From NCBI GenBank assembly GCA_000004985.1, contig GG739087.1: a stretch of DNA of 8,155 bases. One strand, written 5' to 3'. Source of the DNA: Naegleria gruberi. Taxonomy: Eukaryota. The position numbers and the translations under genes were made by a program. Positions 7,122-8,155 of the stretch are shown one piece after another. Within the stretch, counting starts at the first letter, position 1. Each line of letters begins with the position of its first letter. A model generated the notes under the pieces. The model was not told the DNA's origin and ran no database searches. It saw only the letters and a list, made by a program, of their open reading frames with translations.

Positions 7122-8155
7122 ATGAATGAACCCAAACTTAATGAATACATCACCGTTCCGTTGGTTTTTATTTGCTTTTCTTCCTCTTCAGAATCATCAT
7201 CACCATTAAATTATTATTTTCTTGAAAAGGAATTTAATGGAAAGAGAAATGATCATGTTTCGTATGCTATTTGCTTGAGAAAGAGATTATATTTTTGGGA
7301 AGATGAATTTGATCAGGGAATGATAATTAATATGAAAGTGCAATTGATAAAACTATTAACCATCCAGCAGCATGATTATGGAAAATTTGAAAAGTTTAAT
7401 TTTGAGGAATTATCTAACATTGAAATGAAATTTGAAAGAGTTGATTTCAAATTTAGTAAGCCAATGTTTAATGAACATCCCAGCACTAATGGTGGAACCA
7501 GGAAGGAAATTGATTATTATTGTGGAGTTAGGGCATTTAGAATTACAATTGAATTGGATCAGAAGGATATTAGCAAGTCAATTGTGAAAATTCGTGAAAT
7601 TAACTCTATATTTGAAATTGAATACAATCCATTTTGTGATATGAATCACTTTGTGGATGAACCATTTCTACAACATGACATGTGCATGAATTTAATTGTA
7701 GACGCTGATGATAAGACTCTTCTCATTGAACCCAATTTGTTGAGTGAGAATTCGAAACAAAGATTAATTGGAAATCCTGTTAAAATTCCTCCAATGCCAT
7801 TCGATTCCTTACTTCTCCATGCAACAATTCTCTCAAGATTGGATGAATCCAACGAAAAAGTTCTAATGATTCACTATCGTGATACTGCTAAAAAGTATCG
7901 TCATCTTGTGAGAAGAATTTCATTTGAAGATAATAATGGGAAACTTGTTGGAAAATTGGGAAAGTGTGAATTGCATAATTATTTCAAATATTTCAATGAA
8001 AAAGTGAGAATTATTTCACATTGTAGAGTCAGTGAAACGTGCTACCTTTACAAAATTGTTTCAAATCATGATTGTGATACACAATTACATTTCAAATCGG
8101 TTAAAGAATTTTCAAAGCATACTCAATGGATATTAATTGATCTGGAAAGCCGTAT
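7122..8155 (+). CDS. Protein of unknown function, 3'-partial (at least 344 codons, open to the window end); hydrophobic N-terminal segment, Cys-containing
   Basis: Manual translation in frame from ATG 7122 (context aaaaaaATG; in-frame upstream TAA at 7068-7070) finds no stop before nt 8155. It reads MNEPKLNEYITVPLVFICFSSSSESSSPLNYYFLEKEFNGKRNDHVSYAICLRK...SVKEFSKHTQWILIDLESR. It is absent from the ORF track only because it has no stop inside the window. Residues 10-20 (ITVPLVFICF) could be a signal peptide or anchor. Codon usage matches the other genes in the window. Confidence 0.7.
   Translation, partial: MNEPKLNEYITVPLVFICFSSSSESSSPLNYYFLEKEFNGKRNDHVSYAICLRKRLYFWEDEFDQGMIINMKVQLIKLLTIQQHDYGKFEKFNFEELSNIEMKFERVDFKFSKPMFNEHPSTNGGTRKEIDYYCGVRAFRITIELDQKDISKSIVKIREINSIFEIEYNPFCDMNHFVDEPFLQHDMCMNLIVDADDKTLLIEPNLLSENSKQRLIGNPVKIPPMPFDSLLLHATILSRLDESNEKVLMIHYRDTAKKYRHLVRRISFEDNNGKLVGKLGKCELHNYFKYFNEKVRIISHCRVSETCYLYKIVSNHDCDTQLHFKSVKEFSKHTQWILIDLESR

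Noticed and set aside
7646-7852. ORF 7646..7852 on the minus strand
   Set aside because: It lies antisense within the longer unlisted plus-strand ORF 7122..8155, so it is most likely spurious.

Overview
This window is AT-rich eukaryotic nuclear DNA, not prokaryotic. Pre-ATG contexts are A-rich (AAAAAATG), poly-Gln tracts are encoded by CAA, and the standard genetic code gives long open frames. I take it to be dictyostelid-like social-amoeba DNA, but cannot prove that from sequence alone. A 2,595-nt run of N (3847-6441) is an assembly gap, so everything apparently spanning it is unknowable. No bacterial-style defence or mobile system is visible.

Supported content, left to right:
1. The 3' part of a divergent histone H3 variant gene, ending at 362.
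2. Only 33 bp further on, on the same strand, a 965-aa intact ORF (396-3293). It encodes a Q-rich, NLS-bearing, Cys/His-rich protein. Its central region has acidic and Zn-ligand residues spaced as in RNase-H-fold (Transib/RAG1-like or hAT-like) transposases. That is a hypothesis, not a call.
3. A GC-rich palindromic hairpin just past its stop codon.
4. A convergent minus-strand gene whose 5' end (6528 back to 6442) and putative 3' end (3846-3802) flank the gap.
5. A well-formed type-II tRNA-Leu(CAG) gene (6861-6941, +) with internal A and B boxes. A B-box-like copy and a pol III T-run follow it immediately.
6. A roughly 344-codon ORF (7122 to the window end, +) that the ORF track omits because it has no stop within the window.
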